A program made the position numbers and the translations under genes. From Microthyrium microscopicum (Eukaryota), in the NCBI GenBank assembly GCA_010405405.1, contig MU004234.1:66671-105152 (forward strand): 38,482 nt of DNA, read 5' to 3'. Under the pieces are notes generated by a model. The model was given only the letters and a program-made list of their open reading frames with translations. It ran no database searches and was not told where the DNA came from. Of the stretch, positions 12,555-25,008 are shown piece by piece (position 1 is the first letter of the stretch; every line of letters begins with the position of its first letter).

Positions 12555-13760
12555 TTATAGTCGCTCGGGGCCGGGTACAGCTGGCTTTGGTTGTGGCAAA
12601 GAGTGTTCGCCGGAAGGTAGCGGGTGAATTGGCAACGTGGATTCGCTCTGACCTTTCTCTTCATCCTGCAACTTATGCTCGGCATACTCGTCCTCATCAA
12701 ACGTCTCCTCCTCGGAAAAGATATGAGACACACGAGGTAGCGAGAAAGATCGTCCATGCTCTGGAGTCGGTGCCATTGCAGTAGTAGCGCGCGACTCCTC
12801 CTCAAGCTGCTTGCCAGGAAGGTGTGCGCTACCATAACTACCGTAGCCGCGAGCACCATCCGGGATATGGAAGCGTAGATCGACACGTAGGAAGGCGTAG
12901 AGGAAGAGCACAATGATCTCGACGCCAAAGTCGGCGATGTAAAAAGCGCCTTTGTTGAGGTAGGCTGGCATTGGTTGAGTGCGTGGTACTGGTGTCTTCC
13001 AGGAGGTGGCAGCGCGGTAGGACGCACCAAAACAGACGAGGACTGCGGAGAGAAGTAGGACCCGAACCTTTGTACGCCAGCGGCCGGCGCCGAATTTGTC
13101 GAGATTGTGGCGGCGGGGGATTACGAGACCCAGGAGAACGATTGGAATTGGGATGAAAGAGACGATGGCAAAGTACGTGACGCCGAATAGCTGTATGCCT
13201 CGATCAATGTTCCGGATGCGCGGATTCAATGTGTAGAATGTTTGGACAACCACTGTAATGACCATGATTATGGCGATGAGAACAACGGCGTAGAGGACTT
13301 TGAATGCCAGGCTGAAGAATTTGTGCCAACCAAGGTCTGGATGAGACGCTCGCATAAGTCGCTGCGTGAAGATCAGGTTGATGATAAATATGATCAGAAC
13401 ACCAGCTGCCGTAAAGATCTGAGCAGCGATGGCGAGGGATATGTCGTGTGGAAGAGCAATTGATGAGATGCGCATTATGCTCGTTACAATCCGTGCCATG
13501 GAAAATCCGAAGAGCAATTGAGACATTAGAAACTTATGTCCTTTTCTCCTATTCAGCTGATAAATTGTCATGTGGGTGATAGCCGATAGAATGTATAGAA
13601 AGAGAAACACAGATTGAACTGGTATGTCCACAGTCGGCTTTGGAATCCCTCCCAAAGGCCTAAGAATTATTAGCTTCTTGACAATGACATTGAAAATTAT
13701 GTTCACTTACCATGTTGTAGGAGCATAAGGCGGGCCCGGTATTTTAGTTTGTTGAGACAT
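12555..13760 (-). CDS. Multi-pass membrane protein, DUF3112 / RTA1-like; two exons, 384 aa
   Basis: Exon 1 13760-13711 (MSQQTKIPGPPYAPTT), 51-nt intron 13710-13660 (GTAAGT...GCTAAT...TAG), exon 2 13659-12555 in frame (W-PLGGIPKPTVDIP...). About seven hydrophobic helices; motifs HKFLMS.LLFGFSMARI and NLIFTQRLMRA.HP..GWH. Confidence 0.85.
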
Positions 13761-16069
13761 TTGTGAGGAAAACAATTCTTGGAAGGTGAACTCAGCAGCT
13801 CTGGAAATGAAATTGAAGTGTTCTTTGAGCGATATAAATGGCAAGCCGAGAAGTGATGTTATTGGGGCTTGCAAAGGATTTGAATAACCTCACTGGAATT
13901 TATATTGCTATGGTGGAAGTAGTGGTAGTTGTTGTAAGGATGAAACGAAGTATTTGTACATAGCAGGAGCCATTATTCTTATATTTGTCGGCGACCTAGA
14001 TGAAATCCGGTGATCTCCTACCTCTTCTCGTTCTTAACTGCTAACTACGAAGGCAACTGCAATCGTCGGTGCTTGTTACTGGGTTTGTTCAGTCTCGGAA
14101 GCCGTACAGGCACAAGCCCCGGCGCCGAGCGGCAACACCTAAAGACTTATTGACTTTTGCACGCCGCGAAATCGCGAAAATTTGCTCAGTTTGACGCTTA
14201 AAGTTGGCCAAAGGTATTTTTCTATCATTCGTAATCAGTAGTCATATACCTGCATGCTAAATAATTCTGATAAGTGTGCCCATCAATGCATTTTGGCGAT
14301 TAGAAATGCTAGATGGAAGTGGTTCGCAAAGATCTTCACGTCTCCAGGGCTTGACGATGGTAACTGTCACTCGTACCTTACCTTTGTAGGGCATGATGAT
14401 TCCAGTTGGTAGATGTAAAATGATATTCAGCTCCTAGGGTACATTGCAATGGACTGATATTGCGAGTATATCTGGAATCTGAACGGATTGCGCGTTGTGG
14501 CACTGCGAGTCTAAGCATCATCGCACGAGTCCTTAGAGTTGCAAGATCCGAGCCGTTGTTGGCCCGTCATGCTAGCATTCTGATAAGAAGAATAGAATAT
14601 CCATCGTGATACCAAAAACATGGTATCTTCGAACAGTGAGAGGATGTATCGTGATGGTTGCTGGGATGCGGTTGAATTGGCGAGGTGACGTCAAAATTGT
14701 CTCCGAGCGTACGCCGTCGCTGCCAGTCATCACCGCAGGTCGGAGCCGAGCGACCACTGGTCAGAACGTTGCATCATGACCAAGCAATTACTCAACAGTT
14801 ACCAACCCTAGAAAAAGCTGTGCCAGTTTCTTTGGTCTTCTGCAAACATCTTGTTGATTATGAGGCAGGGTAGGTTCATCTATTGGACGGTCTCGGGATG
14901 GCTCTGATTCCTGGACGGCGATGGTACGTCGGATGCTTTTGAACGGCGATGGTACTGTATGTTCGATGCTCCATAAATTTGTATAGACCAGGATATGTCT
15001 GATCTTTCGTTTGAGAGCTTTCCTATTGCAGTCCTCCAAACAATTGTCGAGTCTCAAAAATCATCGACTTTGCGTCGAGCTTCTCCAGACTATGTCGCGG
15101 CGAAGGGGTCAGAATTATGCGACGAAAATGCTAAAAGCGCACCAAGTACGAGCTTGTGAGCTTATAAATGATGCTCTGAGAGGATCTTATCCTAAAATGT
15201 CCATTTCAAAGCAGGCTCAATACTAATAATAAGGTCTCCGATCAAATCCTGGGCAAAGTCTAAAGACCATTCTTCAGGAACCCGAAATCTGGAGGAATGC
15301 TATGAGAGATTCTAGATCGTCACCCTAGCAGCCTTATTGACGGTGGACACTACATCCAAAAGCCACCCTATTTGCTCATTCCATAGTGGCGTCTAGATCG
15401 ATTGTTTATTCGCCTGAAATAGGCGCAATGCAGGTACCGTCCCAATAATGCTTGTTTTTGCCATGTTTTCGTCATTTGGTTGGTCGTGGAGCATCAAGCC
15501 ACCATCTTTTACAACCCCTTTATGGAATTTACAAGTCTCGCAGCTCTTGAATTACATCTTGTATCCCATTGTTATATAGCGAAGAAGCGTACGCACATTA
15601 CAGCTTCAATCGCTTTATAACCTTGAATATTTTTTCTCAAAGTAACCTTGCAGTCTTGAGGCTTAGTGCCTATGCAATTTCAAGGCCAGTTCTATCATCA
15701 ACTTTCAACATACGCTATTGATGATTCAAGAAGCTTCGGCTTCCTCTCGGCTCCAACCGTTGTTCTTGATCATTAGATTCATTACAGGTCATTTGATCAT
15801 ACGGTACTTGCGAATATCTCGAATATTGACTGTATTATTTCATCATGGCAATTACAATTGGCATCACAACTGATGGGGCGCTGAGATAGACTTGGGGTCA
15901 CCATTGCTTTTCAAGCCACTTCTCAATCGCGTCGACTTAGTGCCAAACCCTTTGAGTCCGTCTCTTGATCGGTCGTTTATCGATCTCAACTGACCAATGA
16001 ACAAGGATTGTGACAGCCTTTCATTGCTGTTCTGGGCCTCCACGATGTCTTCCTTTCGCGGTCGCCGAC

Positions 16070-16270
16070 CAGTGTTGGAACTCGAGTTAGTATAGTCGAG
16101 TACTAGTACTAGTACGGCTAGTATAGGATTATTTTAATACTAACTCAACTAGACTAGTCTAATCAAGATCTAGGACTAGTACTAGTACTATACTAGTCTA
16201 GAATTATATAATAAATACTCTACTAATACTTAAGTACTAGTACTAGTATTACTAGTATACTAATACTAGT
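16070..16270. repeat. hAT-A terminal sequence (putative TIR) and subterminal short-repeat array
   Basis: CAGTGTT terminus then many ACTAGT/CTCGAG/GTCGAG-like units. The partner TIR is not in the window; the predicted 8-bp TSD is TCGCCGAC (16062-16069). Confidence 0.7.
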
Positions 16271-17974
16271 TTTATATATAGATTAGGGTTAATATTATAG
16301 GGTTATTTTTATATTATTCAATTTGGAATTTTACGTAGATTACAATAGTGTTATTAGTTTTTTAATAGCTAGTCTTATTCTATAGTTATTATACTTTAAA
16401 CATAAAGTTATTTAATTATATTATATTTTTAAAGGTTATTTAGTTATATAGTACTTAATATTATGAATTACTTAATAATATTTTAGATTTAGGGTTCTAG
16501 ATTTATAATATATACGAAACTATAAAAATTAGAGCTAAATACACTAATAATTAGTTTAAATACTAATAATTAGAAGTTAAGAGTATAAAATAATTAAGAA
16601 AAAGAGATAAATCTTAAAAGTTTGTATAAATAACTTAATAGTAGTAGATTTTAAGATAAATATATAAATTATTATATATTTAGATTCGTTAAAGTATAAG
16701 GAAGATAGCCCTAGAGTTAGTTTTTTAATAAGTCGCTTATATACTAATATATAGTAGTATTTAAGAGTTTTTAATAAATATATTAATAAAAGTTTAAGGT
16801 TTATATTTTAATACTAGATAAATAAGGAGTATTATAGGTTATTAAAGATCTTATATATATATTAGTATTATATATATACTATAATCTAGATTTAAGATCT
16901 TATCTAAGCTTAATAAATATAAAAAATAATAATAAAGATAATAATTAATAATAATAATATTCTAAAAAGAAATTATATTTAAGACTTTAAATCTATATTA
17001 TAGTAAAGACCTTAGTAGTAGGTATATATTAGTCTAAATTATATTATATAAACATACTAAAATAGCTATATAATCTTAAATCTAAGATTATATTTAAGAT
17101 TTATAAAATAAGAATTTAAAATATATATCTTTTAAATAATTATTTTATAACTTAAATATAAGTAGCTACATAGTAGTAATATATATAAATATATATACTA
17201 AAATATTCTAGATTTTATGATCTATCTAATGCTATAGGTCTCAAAGCTTATTTAAGTCTAGTTTTAATACTATTACTAATAATACTATTTTATTTTTAAT
17301 AATTATAATTTACTTAATAAGCTAGAATAAGGGTTTTGCTATAGTATACCTAGAGTAAAAGATATAACTATTATAATTATCTATATTTTAATTTATTTTA
17401 TAGTATACTAAATACTAATACCTATATTTAAGTAATAAAATTATATATATTCTTAAAATCTTTATTTATTTATATTATATTTAATTCTTTTATTCTACTC
17501 TTTATAATATACTATTAACGTCTAATTTCTATATAAATTCTAATGCTACTAACCTTATATCCTATAAACTACTATCTAACTCTTTATTCTAATTTAAATA
17601 GTCTACTTTCGTTTAATATAAATACTTATTTTAAGTTAAAACAATATTTTTTTATTTCTTTTATTTAAATACAATTCTAACTCTACTAACGCCTAAATAA
17701 CAAATATAAACAATTTAACTCCTCTAATAATTACTTTCCTCCTCACTATTACTATTGCTATTACTACTATCCTCTTCTAGTAAATATAATAAAGACTTTT
17801 ATAGCTCTTTAATACTAGGCATTTGCTAGTTTTTTAACTAAATAATCCGTTTAGAAGTTTTAGCTAAAAGCTTATTTCTATTATTAGAAATAATATCACT
17901 ACCAATACTAAATGTACTTTTAGCACTAGCTAAAGTAGTAGGTATTATTAAGTATTTCTTAGCTAAGTAAAATA

Positions 17975-18300
17975 TGTGAGAACAGGAATACGAGTAGCGC
18001 TATTATAAAGGTATAGAAAGGATGTAATAGGACTAGTGTTAACTAGCATGTTATATTGTATATTGAATAATTGTGTGTAGAATCTCTAAAGCCTCTAGAA
18101 TTAGGGAGAATTCTAGGGCGTTAAATATACCTAAGGGAATAAAAATTATCTTAGCCTTTATTAGTAATCTATAAAGATCTAATAAAGATCTTTAATTAGA
18201 TTATAAAGATCTTTGATTAGATAATAAAGACTATAAAGAACTAATAGCTGAATAGGTTAGTTCTGAAAGAATACTAGTATTAAATCTAGTTATTCTTACA
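17975..18300 (-). repeat. Copia 3' LTR (326 bp)
   Basis: TGTGAGAA...TTCTTACA ends; direct repeat of 22983-23308; internal ATAAAGATCT tandem units at about 18171-18240. Confidence 0.95.
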
Positions 18301-18399
18301 TACTCCCTTAATGTTTATTCTATTAGAATTTAATTTATTTAAGGTGTTTTTTAACTATAGTTAGACTTGCTAACTATATCTTCTTATAATCTAGTATTT

Positions 18400-21300
18400 T
18401 TAGATTATATTATAACTAATAATATAGTTATATTTTAACTTTTCTAATAAGTTAATTTAGTAAGTAGATTTCTTACTTTCTTTATTATTTTTAGCTTTTT
18501 AGCTATTATTTATCTTCTAACTCCTAGATTAGGTGCTAGGTGATTAAATATAATAGAATTTAATCCTTTAGTAAATATATCTGCTAGCTAGTTCTTAGTA
18601 TTAATATAGTTTAATACTACTATTTTATTTTATACGTTTTCTCTTATAAAGTAATATTATATATTTATATATTTAGATCTAGCGTGGTGTTCTAGATTAT
18701 TAGCTAGTTCTATAGTAGATTTACTATCTATAAATATATTAATAGATTTATATTTAATTATGTTAATTTTATTAAGTAATTCTTTTAGAAACATTAGTTC
18801 TTTAACTATTTCTTTTAAAGTAATATATTCTGCTTCGTAGCTAGATAATACTATGGATTTCTATAGTTTACTAGACTAACTAATTACGTTATTTCCTAAT
18901 TTAAATACGTAACTAGTAGTAGATCGTCTAGAATCTAAATTACCCCTCTAATCTAAGTCTGAGAATTCTATTAGTTCTATGTTAGATTAAGTTATTTTAT
19001 ACTAGTTACTAGCTATATAAATTAGTTTATAGTTTTTAGTGTAATTTAGATATTTCTATACTTTATTTAATAATTTAAAGTGTTCTTCTAAGGGATTAGC
19101 TATAAATCTAGTATAGAAACTAATAGAATATACTATATCTAGCCTTATTTTAGTAGTTAAATAAATTAGCGCTTCTACCTATTACTAATATAGTTTTAAA
19201 TTAATTAAATTAATATTTTTATTGCTATTTTTTCTACTTTTAACACTTAGTTCTGTAAGTATAGAACAGGGCTTTAAATCCTCTTTATTAAACTATTTAA
19301 TAATATTATTTAAATATTTTTCTTGGCTTAGTTCTAGTATTCTTCTAGATCTATCTTTTTTAATTTAAATTCCTAGGAATGTATTTACTTTGCCTAAATT
19401 AGTTACTTTTAGGTCTGAACGTAATTTAGTATAAAGATTATTAATATCTTTTAAACTTAGGCTAAATAGTAATATATTGTCTATATAAATAAGAATTATA
19501 ATATTAGACTTTATATTCTTATATAAGTATAGTAAGATTATTTTAAATTTGTACTTATTTAATACCGTAGTTAGATAATTAAGCTATAGTCTAGGAGACT
19601 ATTTTAAGCTATATAGTGCTTTATTTAGCTTATATACTTTATTTTTAGTATTTTTTGTTATAAATCTAATTAGTTATTCTAGATAAATATCTTTATCTAT
19701 TTTAGTGTAAATAAATGTGTTTTTAATATCTTATTGCTATATTTCTAGATCTAGTAAATTACTTATAGAAAATAATATTCTATAAGCTTCTGCTCTATAT
19801 ATAGATATATAGGTTTCGTTGTAATCTAAACCTAGTTCTTGTGTAAATCCTTTTACTACCTATCTAGCTTTATATTTAACTAGATTATTAAGGGCGTCTA
19901 TTTTAATTTTATATACCTAGTAGCCTCTAAGAACCTTTAAATCTATAGAATTATCTACTAAATTCTAGGTCTTTTGTAGTTCTAATTTATCTACTTTAGC
20001 TTTCATAGCTTCTAACTATTTATTTTTATCTAAGCTTTTAATAGCTTAATTATATATTTTAGGTTTTTTATTTAGTAGATTACTTTTTATTATAATAAAT
20101 ACGTTATCTTCTTCTAGATTAGCTAAATCTAGGGTTGTATTATTATTAATAGCAAGTTTATTAATTATAATGCTAGCTATTTTAACTTAATTTTCTAAGT
20201 TATCTATTTTAATAACGTTAATTTGATTAATATTATTTTTTGCTACTTTGTTCTTTATAATAAAATCTATTAGCTCCTTCTTTTTATAGTTTTCTATATC
20301 GTAAAGTTCTTATTTATAGTATTTATTTTTAAATATAACTAAATCTCTAACCTATTAAGTAGATTTAGATTTAATATTATAGATTTTAAATATATTAGTG
20401 CCTAGGCTAACTAGAATTCTAAGTTTCGCCTTAGAATCTAGCTTTTTTAAACCTATACTTTTATCTTTATATAAAACTATAGATCTAAAGATTTTTAATT
20501 AATCTAATTTTGGTTTTATATTATATTTATACTTATAGGGTGTCTTATTGTCTAGGCTACTATTTGGCGTTCTATTATAAATATAAATAGCTGTTAGAGT
20601 AGCTTCTCCCTAAAAGGTTTTAGGTAGATTACTCTCTTTTAACATTATGTTTATTTTAGTAATAATTATATAGTTATAAATTTCTATTATACTATTTTGT
20701 TCGTATATATAAGGAGCACTATGTTCTTATCTAACGCCTTCTTTTTTTAGAAAGTTATTAAGCTTTCTATTTTTAAATTCTTAACCTTCGTTAGATTTAA
20801 AAGTAATTAATCTTCTTTTATTATTACTATTATTATAATAGTATTCGTTTTTAACTAAACGTTTAATTTCTACTATATTAGGATATATTTTATCCTTAGT
20901 ACGTAGTAGATATATTTCTAGATATCTAGTAGTAATGTCTATAGCTAGTAGAATATAATAGAAACTATTAAAAGTAGTTAGATTTATAGGGCCGTATAAA
21001 TTAGCTACTATCTTATCTAAGAAGTATTTTAGTTTCTCTATTATATCTTTATTTTTGTAATTAGTTATTTTACTTTTAATATATATATTATATTTACTAG
21101 AATTAAATTTACCTAGATTTGTAATAGCTATTAATTTAGCTTTATATAATAGATATAATTTTCTACTAGAAGCGTGTCTTAGTCTTTTATGCTATACTAA
21201 GGTAGATAGCGTTACTAGCTTTTTAGCTTTCTTTTTATTATTATTACTTGTAATAGAAGTAGCTGTTCTAGAAATAAAATAGTTCTCTATATCTAATTTA

Positions 21301-22760
21301 AGTAGATATAAGTTATTAACTTTAAGAGCTATTATAATAAGCTTTTTATCTTTATAAATTAGAGCTGTATTATCTTTAAATTCTATAGTAAAATTAGAAG
21401 ATAACTTACTTATAGAAATTAAATTGACGCCTAGATTAGGATAATATAAATAGTCTTTTAATTTAAATAATATTCTACTAAGTCTAACTACTATATCTCT
21501 AATTCTAGTAGCTATAATAGTGCCTGCCTTGCCCTAATTAATAGGAATATTATATGGTTTAAAATAATGAAACTATGTCTTATCTACTATTAAATGAGAA
21601 CTAGCCCCTAAATGCTTGTTCCTTAGTGTCTAAGTAATCTATAACATCTTCAACGTAAGCACCTGGTGTCTTAGGCTGAACGGTGTTAGATTCTTCGCTT
21701 TTAGTGCTTTTGTTATCTAGATCTAGATTGAAGTCTAGCTCTATTGGTGAATCTAGGTTAGAACTAGTAGTAACTAGTACCTGATCTTCTGTTCTAGCTT
21801 AAATGGGCTTAGTAGATTTAGATTTCTTACTAGAATCCTTTGAGATCTTGCTATTATTTAGCGTTTTTTAAGTTGTTAATTTAATTCTAGGCTTGCTATA
21901 ATTAATAGCAACATTAGCTTGTTCTTAACGTTTAAATAACTCTCTAGTTCCTAGAGAATATCTAGCCGTATTTAGATTATTGTTAGATCTAGATCTAGAT
22001 TCTTGTTTGTTTGTTTTGTCTTTATGATGGAACTAATAGCTTGCTAAGTAATAGCCTATCTTTTTATAGTAGTGGCACTATTTACTAGAATTAGGTTAAT
22101 TATTACGTCTAGCGCTGTATTAATTATTAGATTTATCGTTAGATCTATAATTACTATAGAGTGCTGTTTCTTTTTCTAGGTGTTCTTATCTTCTAGATTT
22201 GTCTAGTAAATTAGCAAAAAGAACTTCTAGATCTATCTCTAGCGTCTTATTATAGTAAGATTACGTAATAATATTAATAAAAGCGTTATAGCTTAGTATT
22301 AGCCTATTAAGTAACTAGGTAGCTATGACTTGTTTTAGTAATTCTATGTCTTTTGAAACGAGTTGATTAGATAACGATTTAATTTAATTTAGAAACTCTT
22401 CTATAGAGTTAAATTAGGTTAGGCTAGTATTGAAGAACTCCTTATAAATTAGGAATTTACTAGAGAAACCTTTAGAACTATATAAATTACTAAGGGCTAT
22501 CTAGGTCTCTAGAGCTATATTGTATTTACTAACTTGTAGTAAGGGTCCGTTTTCTAGGGCTAGCCTAATATAGGATAGTGTTTTAGCGTCTATCTTAGCC
22601 TGAACGACTATGTTATCTTTAATAGCCTTATCTATTTCTTTATTTACTAGAATGGCATGTATTTATAGCTTCTATATATTGTAGTTATTAGAACTACGTA
22701 ATTTCGTAATTTTGTAGGGATCTATAGCTTTGTATTAGTTAAATCTAATAGTATTAAAAA
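18400..22760 (-). pseudogene. Copia gag-pol remnant (boundaries approximate)
   Basis: Zinc knuckle CHYYKKIGYYLASY* (~22035-22077), GASSHL protease remnant (~21590-21610), LV*HKRLRH (~21175-21200), F*GEATLTA integrase, YKAR*VVKGFTQELGLDYNETY (~19809-19875), IYIDNIL (YVDD, ~19480), SDLD*RGNLDSRRSTTSY and LADIFTKGL RNase H. Confidence 0.9.
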
Positions 22761-22982
22761 TTTAAAGCTAAAATATCTATTTTTGGTAAAGATATTATTA
22801 AGTAAAGTTGGTTAAATTTACTTGTTCTTATGTAGAAGTAATGGAGTATAGTTAGAATATATGTGTAGAGATGTAGCGTTTAAAGTGTCTTATTAGCTAA
22901 ATGCTTACTAGCGTCGTTTCTTTATTCTTAAAAAGATTAGTTTTAATTAGATGCTTTTTGGCTTTGTTTTAGGCTTATAACC

Positions 22983-23308
22983 TATAAGAATAGGAATATG
23001 AGTAGTGCTATTATAAAGGTATAGAAAGGATGTAATAGGACTAGTGTTAACTAGTGTGTTATATTGTATACTAAATAATCGTGTGTAGAATCTCTAAAGC
23101 CTCTAGAATTAGGGGGAATTCTAGGGCGTTAAATATACCTAAGGGAATAAAGATTATCTTAGCCTTTGTTAGTAATCTATAAAGATCTAATAAAGATCTT
23201 TGATTAGATTATAAAGATCTTTGATTAGATAACAAAGACTATAAAGAACTAATAGCTGAATAGGTTAGTTCTGAAAGAATACTAGTATTAAATCTAGTTA
23301 TTCTTATA
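22983..23308 (-). repeat. Copia 5' LTR (326 bp)
   Basis: TATAAGAA...TTCTTATA, the RIP-converted form of TG...CA; same length as the left LTR. Confidence 0.95.
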
Positions 23309-24021
23309 AAATAAAATAGAAAATTCTATTTGTTTTATATTCTAGTATTTTAAAGGAGACATTTTAGGATTAGTAACGCGTACTTCTCTTAAATAATAAA
23401 TAAATTCCTCTTCTATAAGAGTATTATTACTAATTGGAATAAAAAACTCGTTTTGTTATTTGTTTGGAATAATAATAGGAATATTACTATTTTGAGTACC
23501 TAAAGAACTAGGATTTAGCTTTCTAAAAGCTATATAATATTTATCTTTAAATAGTTTAGATACATTACTTAGAATATCGTTGTAGTAATATAATATACTA
23601 TAAGGCGTATTTTTAAAATACTCTATTTTATATCTAAGATCTAGAATTAATACTAGAATAAAAGGTTTTAACTTTTTTACCTATTCTAGATTATAAATCT
23701 TATAAAGATAGTACTCTTCTAGCTTTTTAATACCTGCTTTTATAGCTTTAATAAAGTATTTACGCTTTAGATAATTAGCTAATAAAATAGATCTAATAGA
23801 TATTAAAAATTTAAGTATCTTTTCTTCTAATTTATTAAATAAAGAATAAATATATAAAAGCGTTTAATTTAATGTAGTATAAATTTGCCCTTATAGAGCA
23901 ACTATAGGTACATTAAAAAACTTAAGAATATCTTTTAAATTCTTTAGTGCTAACTAATTAGCTTCGTTAAAAGTAAACTTCTTTTTAAAGTTTTTATCCT
24001 TAGTATTTATAAAGACATATT

Positions 24022-24320
24022 CAGGGTTGCGAATCTAGTATGTTTTATCTAATCTAGTATCTAGTAAATCTAATCTAGTCTAGTATCTAGTTTGAGATTT
24101 TTTGGACTAAATCTAGTATTACTAGTATCTAGTTTTAGTAAAAACTAGTCTAATCTAGTACTAGTATATAATTATATTAATCTAGTAAATACTAGTATTT
24201 AATTAAGTATACTAGTCAAACTAGATAATACTTATTATAATTTAAATATATTTATTTTTAAATAATTTTTATATCATTCGATAGCTCTAGACTAGGAGAT
24301 TTCAGATCTAGTCTTAGTTT
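24022..24320. repeat. hAT-B left terminus (putative TIR) and subterminal repeats
   Basis: CAGGG start followed by a dense array of (A)ATCTAGT/ACTAGT units. Confidence 0.75.
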
Positions 24321-25008
24321 TTATTAAATACTACTAGTTATAGCGTTATAATGAGTTTTCTAAAATAACTTAATAAATTTAAAATCTTAGATTTAATTTT
24401 ATATAATACTAACTATAGTATAATAAGAAATAGTTTAAGATATATTATACTAAACTAAGTATATTCTTTAAGGCTATAGATTAGTTTTAGCTTATAACTT
24501 AATATTTATAATAGTATTTAATACTTTAAGTAAAAGAAATATATTTACTTAGATATTATATTAAATTCTAAGTAATATATAGAATATATATATAGTACTA
24601 AAGTATATATTAGCTTAATATTACTATAGACTTAATTACTAGTATAAATATTAGTTATAACTATTATATATAATAGAAAGATTTATTTATATTTTTAACT
24701 ATTTAGTAATAGTAGTTATTATTAAGTTATTATATCTAATAAAAATACTAACCTATAGTAAAAGCTACGTTCTTTAAGATAGCTTATTTAGATTTTCTTA
24801 TCTATGTCTTATAATATTATATTAAATATTAAATTTAACTTTAAATTTTAATAAATATTATATCTATAACTAAAAGATAAGATATAAAAAGATATGCATT
24901 ATAATTAGAAAAAAATACTATATTTTCTAAGCTATCTTTCCCCTTTGTTTTAGTATAAAAGAAAAACTAAATAAGTATAGACGTAAAAACAAAAACTAAA
25001 AATAAGAA

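Larger units (their letters stand above)
17975..23308 (-). mobile_element. Ty1/Copia LTR retrotransposon, 5334 bp, RIP-inactivated
   Basis: Two 326-bp LTRs; TSD AAATA at 17970-17974 and 23309-23313; Copia-like PBS GGTTATAAGCC next to the right (5') LTR; purine tract next to the left LTR; domain order gag-PR-IN-RT-RH on the minus strand. Confidence 0.95.
16070..24021 (-). mobile_element. hAT DNA transposon A: 3' half visible, interrupted by Copia (17975-23308) and by hAT-B at 24022
   Basis: hAT-type terminus CAGTGTTGGAA at 16070 exactly at the GC/AT boundary, followed by subterminal repeats; minus-strand transposase C-terminal motifs. The 5' half must lie beyond the right edge. Confidence 0.85.
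17724..24021 (-). pseudogene. hAT-A transposase, C-terminal part (24021-23309 joined to 17969-17724)
   Basis: FNVPIVAL*GQIYTTLN, AGIKKLEEYY, LILDLRYKIEYF, SPLKY*NIKQIEFSILF, then across the Copia in the same frame YLAKKYLIIPTTLASAKSTFSIGSDIISNNRNKL (hAT dimerisation domain) and an acidic tail. Confidence 0.88.

Noticed and set aside
9087..13463. Small ORFs overlapping the three main genes, including 11631-12011 and 12485-13030
   Set aside because: Alternative-frame or antisense overlaps of well-supported CDSs.
13660..13706. ORF-track start MNIIFNVIVKK for the membrane protein
   Set aside because: It lies within a canonical 51-nt intron; the better start is ATG at 13760.
21601..21615. TTT AGG G as a Ty1-like +1 programmed frameshift
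   Set aside because: It is not the CTT AGG C heptamer, and the shifted product would still lack the protease Asp; a deletion is the simpler explanation.
16081..24320. Short ACTAGT/ATCTAGT arrays and ATAAAGATCT units as CRISPR-like or telomeric repeats
   Set aside because: Eukaryotic context and no regular repeat-spacer structure; explained as hAT subterminal and LTR-internal repeats.
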